Shown here one piece after another: positions 28,405 through 38,117 of a stretch of 64,000 nt of DNA. Location of the stretch: contig CAZZBP010000001.1 in the NCBI GenBank assembly GCA_964652755.1, positions 10,872 through 74,871 of the forward strand, written 5' to 3'. The DNA comes from an uncultured Dehalococcoidia bacterium. GTDB taxonomy: Bacteria > Chloroflexota > Dehalococcoidia > Lucifugimonadales > UBA826. A program made the position numbers and the translations under genes. The notes below the pieces were generated by a model. The model saw only the letters and a program-made list of their open reading frames with translations, had not been told where the DNA came from and did no database searches. Every line of letters begins with the position of its first letter. Within the stretch, counting starts at the first letter, position 1.

Positions 28405-29337
28405 ATGAGAACTCAGGAATCTGAAAACCTCGCTGACCAAATTATCTCGCGTCGTCGTGGAGCCGTGCGAATAGAAGGATTTGTTGTGAAGTGGGTATTT
28501 TTCGCCTGCGCTACGGTTTCAATTCTTACTACTGTTGGGATCCTTTTTACTCTAATTTACCAGGCAACTAGTTTCTTCAATGAGGTATCAGTTTGGGAAT
28601 TTCTCACTGGTACGAGATGGACTCCGATACTGAGGCCACGATCTTATGGGGTATTACCGCTAGTTTCTGGAACACTTCTTGTTACTTTAATTGCTGCACT
28701 TGTAGCACTTCCAACAGGCCTTATGACTGCTATATTTCTGTCAGAATATGCCCCAGATAAGTTGCGTAGAGTAATTAAACCCGTTCTTGAAGTATTAGCC
28801 GGGATTCCGACCGTTGTGTATGGATACTTTGCCCTTACTTTCGTCACCCCACTATTGCAGACAATTTTTGAAGGCTTAATTGTCTTCAATGCGCTCAGCG
28901 CGGGGTTAGTGATGGGTGTCATGATTATCCCTATGGTGTCTTCACTTAGCGAAGACGCGATGGTGGCTGTACCGAGAAACCTTCGGGAGGGGGCCTATGC
29001 ATTAGGTGCTACCCGCTACGAAGTTAGTACGAAAATAGTAGTTCCGGCTGCCTTGTCAGGAATCATAGCCGCTTTTATTTTGGCTATATCAAGGGCCATC
29101 GGAGAAACAATGCTTGTAACCATTGCCGCGGGAGCTACACCGAGTCTGAGTTTCAATCCAATGGAGAGCGTGCAAACCATGACTGCGTATATTGTCCAAC
29201 TCAGCTTAGGAGAGTCTCCTGTAGGATCTCTTGAGTACAATACTATATTCGCCGTGGGACTACTTCTCTTTGCAATGACATTTGTTATGAATCTCTTGGG
29301 ATTTTGGATTGTTCGCCGGTTCAGGGAATCTTATTAG
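28405..29337 (+). CDS. pstC: phosphate ABC transporter permease PstC
   Basis: A polytopic permease with the EAA-like [11 protein letters not shown]. It sits after pstS. Confidence 0.9.
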   Translation: MRTQESENLADQIISRRRGAVRIEGFVVKWVFFACATVSILTTVGILFTLIYQATSFFNEVSVWEFLTGTRWTPILRPRSYGVLPLVSGTLLVTLIAALVALPTGLMTAIFLSEYAPDKLRRVIKPVLEVLAGIPTVVYGYFALTFVTPLLQTIFEGLIVFNALSAGLVMGVMIIPMVSSLSEDAMVAVPRNLREGAYALGATRYEVSTKIVVPAALSGIIAAFILAISRAIGETMLVTIAAGATPSLSFNPMESVQTMTAYIVQLSLGESPVGSLEYNTIFAVGLLLFAMTFVMNLLGFWIVRRFRESY

Positions 29338-29338
29338 C

Positions 29339-30232
29339 ATGGCCAGTGAACTGAAACCAATCTCTGACCAACTTGGGCGTAAAAGGACCTACCGTAGGGT
29401 TTTGGGAGGGATATTCTACGGGTTGTTTCTCGCATCTGTTTGTGTAGGAATTATCGGTCTCGTTGTATTACTTTATGAAGTACTTTCAAATGGTCTTCCA
29501 TGGATGAATTGGCAGTTTATTACAGATTATCCTTCTCGCCATCCGGAAGAGGCAGGGTTATTCTCGGCTCTTATGGGAACAGTGTGGCTGATGGCAATGA
29601 CCGCGTTATTTACGGTCCCGGTAGGAGTCGGGGCCGCAATATATTTGGAAGAATATGCCCCTCGTAATATTCTCACACGTGTCATAGAGATCAATGTCGC
29701 AAATCTGGCTGGTGTACCGTCGATCGTTTACGGGTTGCTCGGATTAGCACTTTTCGTAACATGGTTTCAACTTGGTAGAAGCATTCTCGCCGGTTCTATG
29801 ACACTATCTCTGCTTGTGCTTCCTATCGTGATTCTTTCATCGAGGGAGGCTATCAGAGCAGTCCCAGATTCATACCGGCAAGCGGCTTATGCGATGGGAG
29901 CAGATCAGTGGCAGGTAATAAAAGAAGTTATTCTGCCTTCTGCAGCACCGGGGATACTAACCGGTACAATCTTGGCTATGTCGAGGGCGATTGGGGAAGC
30001 GGCTCCAGTAATTGCGATAAGTGCTCTTGTTTACCTCACTTTTGTACCCGCACATCCCATGGATAGATTTACGGTCCTTCCCATTCAGATATATAACTGG
30101 ATCGCTAGACCTCAAGACGAATTCAGAGGTTTGGCAGCTGCCGGCATAATAGTTTTGATGTTGATTCTTCTAACTATGAACTCGATCGCCGTCTTTCTTC
30201 GCAATAGATATCAGGTACGGTCGGAGGAGTAA
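29339..30232 (+). CDS. pstA: phosphate ABC transporter permease PstA
   Basis: A permease with [14 protein letters not shown] 29339 lies immediately after the pstC stop. The ORF-track start at 29309 would overlap pstC. Confidence 0.9.
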   Translation: MASELKPISDQLGRKRTYRRVLGGIFYGLFLASVCVGIIGLVVLLYEVLSNGLPWMNWQFITDYPSRHPEEAGLFSALMGTVWLMAMTALFTVPVGVGAAIYLEEYAPRNILTRVIEINVANLAGVPSIVYGLLGLALFVTWFQLGRSILAGSMTLSLLVLPIVILSSREAIRAVPDSYRQAAYAMGADQWQVIKEVILPSAAPGILTGTILAMSRAIGEAAPVIAISALVYLTFVPAHPMDRFTVLPIQIYNWIARPQDEFRGLAAAGIIVLMLILLTMNSIAVFLRNRYQVRSEE

Positions 30233-30241
30233 TATAGGAAA

Positions 30242-31036
30242 GTGGTTTTAGAAAAAGAGCGTATGAAGAATGTGGACGCCGCCCTTACGGCCAAAAATCT
30301 GAATGTATATTATGGGGACTTTCTTGCAATCAAAGATGTGAACATGGCAATGAAAAAGAATTCTGTGACAGCACTCATCGGCCCTTCTGGTTGTGGGAAA
30401 AGCACTTTTCTTCGCTGCCTAAATAGAATGAACGACTTGATTGCGAATGCTTCTGTGAAAGGAGAAATACTATTTAAGAATCTCAACATATATTCCGATA
30501 ACGTTGATGCGACCGAGATACGTTCGAGAATCGGAATGGTCTTTCAGAAACCTAACCCCTTTCCCAAATCGATTTATCAGAACATATCCTTCGGTCTCAA
30601 AGTGAATGGAGTCTCTGGTGACCTTGATGAGGCCGTGGAACTCTCTCTTCGTCAAGCTGCTCTATGGGAAGAGGTGAAAGACAGGTTAAATGATAGCGCT
30701 TTCACGTTGTCTGGGGGACAACAACAAAGGCTATGCATAGCCCGTGCGTTGGCCGTTGAACCTGAAGTGATCCTTATGGATGAACCTGCATCTGCTCTCG
30801 ATCCGATAGCAACATTGGCTATAGAGGACCTGGTTCACGAACTGAAATCACGTTACACGATCATCATAGTGACACACAATATGCAACAGGCCGCTCGCGT
30901 GTCTGATGAAACCGCGTTCTTTATGGTTGGTGAGAATCGATCAGGATATCTCGTCGAGCATGACGATACCCAGAGGATTTTTACAAATCCAAGTAATGAA
31001 AAAACTGAAGAGTATATAACGGGTAGGTTCAGCTAA
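30242..31036 (+). CDS. pstB: phosphate ABC transporter ATP-binding protein
   Basis: It has Walker [10 protein letters not shown], the signature LSGGQQQR and Walker B ILMDEP. The start is GTG 30242 or ATG 30263. Confidence 0.93.
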   Translation: MVLEKERMKNVDAALTAKNLNVYYGDFLAIKDVNMAMKKNSVTALIGPSGCGKSTFLRCLNRMNDLIANASVKGEILFKNLNIYSDNVDATEIRSRIGMVFQKPNPFPKSIYQNISFGLKVNGVSGDLDEAVELSLRQAALWEEVKDRLNDSAFTLSGGQQQRLCIARALAVEPEVILMDEPASALDPIATLAIEDLVHELKSRYTIIIVTHNMQQAARVSDETAFFMVGENRSGYLVEHDDTQRIFTNPSNEKTEEYITGRFS

Positions 31037-31053
31037 GTAGGGGGAAGTGCTTT

Positions 31054-31704
31054 ATGCCTAGAGAGGATTTCGAGAGAAACTTGAAATTGGTTCAAGACGA
31101 AGTAGTCCAACTTTCGAGCATGGTAGAGAAGGCTATATTCAAGTCTATCGACTCGTTAAAGACACGAGATTTAGGAGCATCTCAACAAGTGATTGATGAA
31201 GATGACATTATTGATGCCAAGCAGGAAGCGATAGAACATAGATGTATTGATTTGATTGCCCTTGAGTCACCTATGGCTGTTGATCTCAGGATCATCATTG
31301 CGGCAATGATGGTGGCCAATGAGCTTGAACGAATGGGTGACTATGCTGAAGGAATCGCCAAAATCAGTTTGGCGATGGGGGAGTTACCTCCCCTCAAACC
31401 ACTTATTGATATCCCAAGAATGGCGGATAAGGCGGTCGATATGTTGCGCCGCAGCATAGAATCTTATGTTAACCGCGATATTGTCAGTGCTAAAGAGGTT
31501 TTCCATGATGACGACGAAGTTGACGGAATGTATGAGCAGGTATACCGAGAACTTTTGACCTACATGATGGGTGATCCGACCACTATAGAGAGAGCTACTT
31601 ATCTATTATGGGTGTCACACGACTTGGAAAGAGTCGCCGATCGTACCACCAATATAGCGGAACGAGTGATGTTTCTAGTCACCGGCAAAACGGAAATGGA
31701 TTGA
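31054..31704 (+). CDS. phoU: phosphate signalling complex protein PhoU
   Basis: It has the duplicated PhoU repeat with E..GD motifs (ELERMGDYAE, DLERVADRTTNIAE). Confidence 0.9.
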   Translation: MPREDFERNLKLVQDEVVQLSSMVEKAIFKSIDSLKTRDLGASQQVIDEDDIIDAKQEAIEHRCIDLIALESPMAVDLRIIIAAMMVANELERMGDYAEGIAKISLAMGELPPLKPLIDIPRMADKAVDMLRRSIESYVNRDIVSAKEVFHDDDEVDGMYEQVYRELLTYMMGDPTTIERATYLLWVSHDLERVADRTTNIAERVMFLVTGKTEMD

Positions 31705-31715
31705 TAGAATCTAGA

Positions 31716-32381
31716 TTACCGATTCTGACTTTCATTCCAGAGCAATTTGGTTCCGAATATGTGTGAGAGACTATTGGCCGTCGAGCAGATCACTTCTTCC
31801 ATCGAGACTGACTGTTTCGTTTGTGCTGATATGGACGTAGCAATAGTGTCTGGCATTCCACAGGCAATAATGTGTTCAAAATATGATAGGTCGGTGGTGA
31901 CATTTAGGGCGAATCCGTGAGAACTTGTTCCGTTACTGATTCTTACTCCAATGGATGCTATCTTTTTGCTGTTTACCCAAACTCCGGTTGGCCGTCCCTC
32001 AGTTTCTGAACTAATACCATAATTTGAAAGCATATTAGAGATTGTCTCTTGAAGCTTATTCACGTAAGTTAGGGGGCCCATATTCCCCGCGCGCCGTAAG
32101 TTGATTATTGGGTATCCTACTAACTGACCTGGACCATGGTAAGTTACCTCTCCGCCCCTGTCAGAACGATGTATTCTTATGCCATAATTGGCGAGATTTT
32201 CTTGATCAATCAACACGTCCTGATCTTTAGCCCGTCTCCCCATCGTGAAAACGTGAGGGTGCTGCAATAGAATCAGTTGGTCTGGGCCCCCTTCGCTAAC
32301 AGATTTGTGAAGTTCCTTTTGGATAGTGATGGCCGAGTCATAAGGCACTAGTCCGTGATATCTGGCAATTAAGTCAGTCAT
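31716..32381 (-). CDS. lipB: lipoyl(octanoyl) transferase
   Basis: The motifs LLQHPHVFTMGR and RGGEVTYHGPGQLVGYP are present, along with KIASIGV containing the catalytic Lys. Confidence 0.9.
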   Translation of the reverse strand: MTDLIARYHGLVPYDSAITIQKELHKSVSEGGPDQLILLQHPHVFTMGRRAKDQDVLIDQENLANYGIRIHRSDRGGEVTYHGPGQLVGYPIINLRRAGNMGPLTYVNKLQETISNMLSNYGISSETEGRPTGVWVNSKKIASIGVRISNGTSSHGFALNVTTDLSYFEHIIACGMPDTIATSISAQTKQSVSMEEVICSTANSLSHIFGTKLLWNESQNR

Positions 32382-32413
32382 TGCAAACTTTTAGGGATCA
32401 TTCTTCAGGCTGG

Positions 32414-33745
32414 CTAGTAGACTGGAGTGTTGCCGTCCACAACTTCTAGGCGGCGTTTTACAGCTGTGGCAAATTCGCCCACTTCTTGACCATCCATAAT
32501 TCGATGGTCAAAAGAGAGGCAAATGTTCATCATGGAACGTATTGCTATGGCGTCTGCAACTATCACAGGTCGTTTCACAATAGCCTCGGTTGTCATGATT
32601 GCTGCCTGAGGATAATTGACCAAAGGCTGCGAAGCTACTGAACCTAGGACACCGGTATTGTTAACTGTAAAGGTACCACCTCTTACATCATCTACCGTAA
32701 GGGTTCCTTCACGAGAACGAGTGGAGACGTTTTCGACACTACGTGCAAGCCCAGCGATGCTCAGCGTATCCGCGTCATGAATCACGGGTACGACAAGGCC
32801 TGCATTTGTGGCTATCGCGATTCCTATGTTTATTCGGCTTTTCATTATGATCGAATCTTCACCCCAAGATGAATTGAGGAGCGGATTCTCTTTCAAAGAC
32901 TCCGCGACAGCCTTGATCACAAAAGGTAGATATGTGATGTTTATCCCCTCTCGTTGTTTGAATTCCTCCCTAATCGCTCGTCGCCTAGAAACCATGCCGG
33001 ACACATCGACTTCAACAAGGCTCCAGGCTTGAGGGATAAGACTCGCACTTTTAACCATGTTACTGGCTATCATCTTGCGGATCGGAGTCAATTTTACTCT
33101 CTGATCACCATTAAGTTCACTTGGATAGATCGAGATCGGCTGAGTTGCCTCTGGTATTGATTCGACCGCAGAATTTTCCTGTGATGATGATATGGAACCG
33201 GAATCAATGAACGATTGTACGTCTTTTCGGGTAATTCTATTGTTTCTGCCTGTGGCGGTTATCAACGACAGATCTATATCATGTTCTTGAGCTAGCCTGA
33301 GGACGGCCGGAGAAAATCTTGCGGAGTTTTTAATTTGACTCTTTTCAGGGAATTCTTCGGCAGTTGATCCGCCCGTGTTAGTCTGACCACCGGAACCTGT
33401 TGGGCCCACCGGAGCCGTATCCTTGAGAAGTACCCCTGTAGTTCCCAAATCATTAATATTGGGGACACCAGAATCTTCAGTCGAGGCTGCCTTTTTGGAA
33501 TCTTGCTCGTTCGTCTCTATATCGGCTAATATGGCCCCCATAGGAACCGTCTCTCCTTCGAAGGCGACGATTTCCTTGAGAATGCCGGTAACTGGTGACG
33601 GTAGTTCCATGGCCACTTTGTCCGTCACTACTTCTACGAGCGGATCAAATTTTTCAACCTTACTTCCTACTTCCTTTAACCATTTGCCGATAATTCCTTC
33701 AGTAACAGACTCTCCTACCTGTGGAAGTTGAATTTTCATGATCAA
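32414..33745 (-). CDS. 2-oxoacid dehydrogenase E2 (dihydrolipoamide acyltransferase), probably branched-chain
   Basis: It has a lipoyl domain (VVTDKVAMELPSP), an E3-binding domain (SPAVLRLAQEH.IDL) and the catalytic motif SFDHRIMDG. Confidence 0.9.
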   Translation of the reverse strand: MIMKIQLPQVGESVTEGIIGKWLKEVGSKVEKFDPLVEVVTDKVAMELPSPVTGILKEIVAFEGETVPMGAILADIETNEQDSKKAASTEDSGVPNINDLGTTGVLLKDTAPVGPTGSGGQTNTGGSTAEEFPEKSQIKNSARFSPAVLRLAQEHDIDLSLITATGRNNRITRKDVQSFIDSGSISSSQENSAVESIPEATQPISIYPSELNGDQRVKLTPIRKMIASNMVKSASLIPQAWSLVEVDVSGMVSRRRAIREEFKQREGINITYLPFVIKAVAESLKENPLLNSSWGEDSIIMKSRINIGIAIATNAGLVVPVIHDADTLSIAGLARSVENVSTRSREGTLTVDDVRGGTFTVNNTGVLGSVASQPLVNYPQAAIMTTEAIVKRPVIVADAIAIRSMMNICLSFDHRIMDGQEVGEFATAVKRRLEVVDGNTPVY

Positions 33746-34725
33746 TATGCCGCCAGTTTTCTAATAGCCGTGGCTATTTTGGCTGAGTCGATCATGTACA
33801 TTGCTTCCATGGGTGGACTGAAAGGCATTGCGGGCACTTCCGGACCTGCAAGCCTGGTTACGGGACCATCCAAATACTCGAAGGCATGTTCTGAAACAAT
33901 GGCCGACACTTCTGCGCCAACCCCGAGTGCCTTGCTATCTTCATGCACTATGATCACTTTACCGGTTTTCATAGCTGTCTGCACAATGGCCTTATCGTCA
34001 ATTGGTCTTACCGTGCGAAGATCAAGTACCTCTACTTCAATTCCTTCAGCCGCAACGGCCTGAGCGGCTTCAAGACAATAATGAACCATAAGCCCATAAG
34101 TGATAACGCTAATGTCATTACCTTTCCGCTTGATATCAGCGCTGCCTATAGGAAGAGTGTATTCTTCGTCAGGCACTTCTCCCTTTACTAATCGATAAGT
34201 ACGTTTATGCTCTAAAAATACCACTGGATCATCGTCCCTAATAGCGGACTTCAATAAACCCTTTGCATCATAGGGTGTTGATGGAGTGATTACTTTCAAA
34301 CCAGGGGTATGAGCGAACAAAGCCTCCACGCTCTGCGAGTGATAAAGTGCACCGCGAACTCCGCCTCCATGAGGGGCACGTAATACCATAGGGGCGTGCA
34401 ATTTGCCCTCAGTGCCATACCGCACCCTCGCTGCCTCTCCTACTACTTGGTTGATTGTAGGCCATATAAAATCACCGAATTCTATCTCCGCTATGGGTCT
34501 CATTCCGTGCATTGCTGAACCCAGTGCGATTCCCGCTATGGAGGATTCTGCCAAGGGGGTGTCTATTACACGATCTTCTCCGAATTCGTCCAGAAAACCT
34601 TCAGTCGCGAGAAATACACCACCTCTTGCTCCAATATCTTCACCCATAATGAATACCCGATTATCCCTGCGCATTTCCTCCTGCATCGCATCTCGAACTG
34701 CCTCGAGAACGGTTTTGATTGTCAT
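33742..34725 (-). CDS. 2-oxoacid dehydrogenase E1 component beta subunit
   Basis: The sequence V...GEDIG..GGVF..T.G....FG..RV.DTPLAE..I.G is present. It shares 4-nt overlaps with both neighbouring genes. Confidence 0.92.
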   Translation of the reverse strand: MTIKTVLEAVRDAMQEEMRRDNRVFIMGEDIGARGGVFLATEGFLDEFGEDRVIDTPLAESSIAGIALGSAMHGMRPIAEIEFGDFIWPTINQVVGEAARVRYGTEGKLHAPMVLRAPHGGGVRGALYHSQSVEALFAHTPGLKVITPSTPYDAKGLLKSAIRDDDPVVFLEHKRTYRLVKGEVPDEEYTLPIGSADIKRKGNDISVITYGLMVHYCLEAAQAVAAEGIEVEVLDLRTVRPIDDKAIVQTAMKTGKVIIVHEDSKALGVGAEVSAIVSEHAFEYLDGPVTRLAGPEVPAMPFSPPMEAMYMIDSAKIATAIRKLAAY

Positions 34726-36095
34726 CGGTATTCACCAGGTTCCAACCCGGAATCCGATACGACATGTTGATAGAAATCGCTAGTTTCCGGGTACGGTGCT
34801 GCCTCAGCTTCTTCGGTAGCCTCATTTACAAGACGTCGGGCTTCATCTTGTATAATCTGGTCCTCATTATCGTCAAGCTGTCCAATATCCCGGAGGTTTG
34901 TTCTGAGTAACTTCAGTGGATCACGAGTCTTAGCTTCTTCAATTTCTTGCGCTGAACGATAGATGGAATCGTCGTCGTCACTCGTGTGAGGTAAATATCT
35001 TTCTACTTGGGCCTCGATTAAGGTGGGGCCTTCCCCTGCTCTTGCTCGTTTGGCCGCTTCCGCTGTCACCTCATAGACTGCAACGATATCGCAACCGTCC
35101 ACTTCAAAACCTGGCATGCCGTAGCCTTCTGAGCGTGAAGCAACGCTTTCAACCGCCATTTGTTTTCTTAATGGGACTGAAATTGCATATTTATTGTTCT
35201 CGCAGAAGAAGATAACAGGAAGCTTATGTATTGATGCAAAGTTCATTGCTTCATGTGTATCACCAGCACTCGAAGCTCCATCCCCAAAGTAAACAATTAC
35301 CACCCTATCTTCATTGTTCATCTTCGCTGCCAGTGCAGCCCCGACTGCTTGCGGCACATGGGTTGCAACAACATTAGATAAATTCACGATACCGTATTCT
35401 GGGTGAGCTCCATGTGTAGGGAACTGACGGGCACCGCTGAGGGGTTCACCTTGTTTGGCGAGGAAACCTTTGATAATTTGTGTCGGAGTTAGACCCAAGT
35501 CAAGTAATACTGCGAGATCTCGGTAGTAAATGTAGAAGAGATCATATTTCTTTTGCAGAGCTGCTACAGAACCTATTTGACCAGCCTCATGGCCTTGCGA
35601 AGAAGCCATGATAGCTGCCTTACCCTGCCGGTTTAACATCCATATTCGTTCATCAAGTGTGCGGCATAGAACCATACGTCGGTACATGTGAAGGAGATCT
35701 TCATTTTTTAAAGACTTGTTTAGAATGACATCTTGCGCTGGATTTTTTGTATCAACACGTTTGGCGATATCTTGTGACAGATCTGCCTTCGCGTCATCTA
35801 CGGTTAAGATGTGACCATCAAATTGCTCGGGCAATGATTCTTCTGCAATACTATTAGCACCTGCCTCACGAACGGCCCTTTCAAATGCCCCATCTTGAAG
35901 ATTAAGCTGCGCGTCGCTAGTGTCTTCCGCAGAGTCATCTCGAGATATTTCTTGTTGGTCTTTGTCGTCAGCCATTCCGATCCATTTGCCCTTTGGGTTG
36001 CCAAGATCGATTTTCTTTGAGGTTGTCCTCGCATTTCTGGAATCTTTCTGGGTGTTCCAGAGATGATTTTCTCTTATTGAGTCTTCCTCAGCCAT
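34722..36095 (-). CDS. 2-oxoacid dehydrogenase E1 component alpha subunit with about 110-aa acidic N-terminal extension
   Basis: It has the TPP-binding core (YRDLAVLL, GDGASSAGD.HEA.NFA, FFCENNKYAIS). The conserved region starts near residue 130. Confidence 0.88.
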   Translation of the reverse strand: MAEEDSIRENHLWNTQKDSRNARTTSKKIDLGNPKGKWIGMADDKDQQEISRDDSAEDTSDAQLNLQDGAFERAVREAGANSIAEESLPEQFDGHILTVDDAKADLSQDIAKRVDTKNPAQDVILNKSLKNEDLLHMYRRMVLCRTLDERIWMLNRQGKAAIMASSQGHEAGQIGSVAALQKKYDLFYIYYRDLAVLLDLGLTPTQIIKGFLAKQGEPLSGARQFPTHGAHPEYGIVNLSNVVATHVPQAVGAALAAKMNNEDRVVIVYFGDGASSAGDTHEAMNFASIHKLPVIFFCENNKYAISVPLRKQMAVESVASRSEGYGMPGFEVDGCDIVAVYEVTAEAAKRARAGEGPTLIEAQVERYLPHTSDDDDSIYRSAQEIEEAKTRDPLKLLRTNLRDIGQLDDNEDQIIQDEARRLVNEATEEAEAAPYPETSDFYQHVVSDSGLEPGEYR

Positions 36096-36202
36096 TTTAC
36101 TTACGGTCTCTTTGCTTGGTCAAAAGATAAAGATATGGCCGTCGATATTAGCAAAGAGACATCACCTATGTCACAGTTTGAACGTGAAGGGCACTATTTT
36201 GG

Positions 36203-37102
36203 TTATAGTCTGGACAGATATTGACCAGCTATGTCTATTCCGACCAAACCACTGTATGCATTTAGTAATCTACGTGTGATTGGACCAGGTATAGATCCTT
36301 CGCCGATGACAGATCCGTTGACACTAATAACAGGGCAAATGCAAAAACTTGTTGAAGTAACGAAAGCTTCGTCAGCTGTGTATGCGTCGTATAGATCAAT
36401 GTTTGCCTCCGTCGTTTCTATACCTAGTTCGGCGGCTAATTCTAGGGTAGTAGATCTGCTGATACCTGCTAAGACATATTGTTCTCTGGGGGTTACCACT
36501 GCTCCATCTCTGACGATGAAGAAATTGCTACCAGGCCCTTCACAAAGGTTACCATTCATATCGAGAAGGATTGGCCAGCTTTCTGGATTCCGCTCTTTAG
36601 CCTCGAACTCAGCTTGAACCAAGTTAGCGTAATTCTGAATCTTCGCTCGGGGACTTAGAGATTCAGGGGGTGTCCGCCTGACTGAGGGCACCACTACAGG
36701 CATTCCCTCACTGTAATATTTAGCTCTGGCCGAGAAAGGGAGTGGAACAGATTCAACTATAACGGTTGGATTATCTCCTTCAGGAGTTGAAATCCCTCTC
36801 GAAACTCGTTGAGTCACCCAATAGTCATCATCGTCTGATAATAGAGGCAGATTTGTTTCAACTACTTCCATGGTAATACGGGAGAGCTCAGATTTATCAA
36901 TGAGAGGATCTAATCGGGCATACTTTAGCGACCTGAAAAACCTGTCGAGATGTTCGTCTAGTTTGAAAATACGATGTCCGAAAGTTCTCGTAGTATCGAA
37001 TACTGAGTATCCTTGTAAAAATCCTCTGTCGTGGATGGATATCTTCGCGTCACTCTCCGGAATAATCTCTCCATTAACGTACGCAATTCTTTCAGTAATC
37101 AT
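36203..37102 (-). CDS. class IV (branched-chain/D-amino-acid) aminotransferase
   Basis: The sequence YVNGEI.PE..AKISI.DRGF..G..VFDT.R is present. I placed the start at ATG 37102, which has a GGAGA RBS. The ORF-track start at 37168 overlaps the upstream regulator. Confidence 0.82.
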   Translation of the reverse strand: MITERIAYVNGEIIPESDAKISIHDRGFLQGYSVFDTTRTFGHRIFKLDEHLDRFFRSLKYARLDPLIDKSELSRITMEVVETNLPLLSDDDDYWVTQRVSRGISTPEGDNPTVIVESVPLPFSARAKYYSEGMPVVVPSVRRTPPESLSPRAKIQNYANLVQAEFEAKERNPESWPILLDMNGNLCEGPGSNFFIVRDGAVVTPREQYVLAGISRSTTLELAAELGIETTEANIDLYDAYTADEAFVTSTSFCICPVISVNGSVIGEGSIPGPITRRLLNAYSGLVGIDIAGQYLSRL

Positions 37103-37131
37103 TCGATTCTCCGACACTGTAATTTCTTTTA

Positions 37132-37827
37132 TCAATCCATGGTTCGGAAACGGTAACCAACATTCCATATCGTTTCTATGAAGGGATTATCCGAATCATT
37201 CTCGATTTTGCTTCTAAGCCGCCGTATGTGCACATCGACTGTTCGAGTGCCTCCGAAGTAGTCGTATCCCCAAATCTGGCTTAATAGAGTTGCCCGATCG
37301 TATACACGGCCAGGGTTTGAGGCCAAAAGTAGAAGAAGCTCATATTCTTTAAATCTAAGATTAACTCTTTTATTGTTGACAGTTACGTCGTAGTTTGTAG
37401 GGTTGATAAACAGGTTATCCCTGGCTATAACACCCTCGTCGAACGCATTGGTTACATTTGCTACGGCCCGCTTGGCCCTTAAGATGAATTCTGGTTCTTT
37501 CACGGGCGAACTTATGAGGTCGGTGATATTGAGTGTAGGGTCTATGATACTCAGGTCGGCCTCCTCAATTATGGCTAAAGTGGCGATATCCAAAGAGGAG
37601 CATACCTCAGTCAACTTACGAAGATGGAGGACTGAGAGAGGCACTAGATGTAAAAGGACAAGACTGAAGTTCTTGTCCTTTTCAGCTGAGGTTAAAAGAG
37701 TGAGCAGTTCGGATGCTTCTCTTTCTGTCGTCACCTGTAGGTGTTCAATTCCTTCAGATTTAAGGCAGGCCTCCATATCTTTCCTGGACATATCTTCGGA
37801 CGGTTCGGGTAGTTTATGTCTGAGCAT
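37132..37827 (-). CDS. OmpR-family winged-helix regulator with degenerate (pseudo-)receiver domain
   Basis: The C-terminal wHTH is intact (LRFKEYELLLLLASNPGRVY.R..L...IWGYDYFGGTRTVDVHIRRLRSKIE, VGYRF). The N-terminal domain is receiver-length but lacks the acidic pocket, and the phospho-acceptor position reads VLLHL. Confidence 0.75.
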   Translation of the reverse strand: MLRHKLPEPSEDMSRKDMEACLKSEGIEHLQVTTEREASELLTLLTSAEKDKNFSLVLLHLVPLSVLHLRKLTEVCSSLDIATLAIIEEADLSIIDPTLNITDLISSPVKEPEFILRAKRAVANVTNAFDEGVIARDNLFINPTNYDVTVNNKRVNLRFKEYELLLLLASNPGRVYDRATLLSQIWGYDYFGGTRTVDVHIRRLRSKIENDSDNPFIETIWNVGYRFRTMD

Positions 37828-38002
37828 ATCCTTTAACCAAAGACCATTGACCGGTTAGTGCTTTTCTTCTTAAAAAATGAACCCAAGTATAGCAAAGCTA
37901 CGTAATTCATTTGATAGCATTCTAGTCTAGTCGTACAAATAATAAGGTATCTCAAAGGATCGTAAGGAGCCCTTTACGTTGTGAAAGGAATCGTGTGAAG
38001 TT

Positions 38003-38030
38003 TTGCCCGATTATTGATTGGTACTATAAT
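38003..38030 (+). promoter_or_regulatory. candidate sigma70-type promoter for ftsH
   Basis: TTGCCC lies at 38003-08, followed by a 16-bp spacer and TATAAT at 38025-30. This is about 88 nt upstream of the ftsH ATG. Confidence 0.35.
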
Positions 38031-38117
38031 ATTAAAAGCTAACGCTCACATAACTTACACGTTCGGTAAGGAAATGAATTCCAGCAATACTGGAAACCAG
38101 AAAACGGAGAGCATGCC

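Noticed and set aside
37403-37858. 151-aa plus-strand ORF opposite the atypical OmpR-type regulator
   Set aside because: The minus strand encodes an intact winged-helix domain. The plus-strand translation is Ser/Arg-rich shadow sequence.
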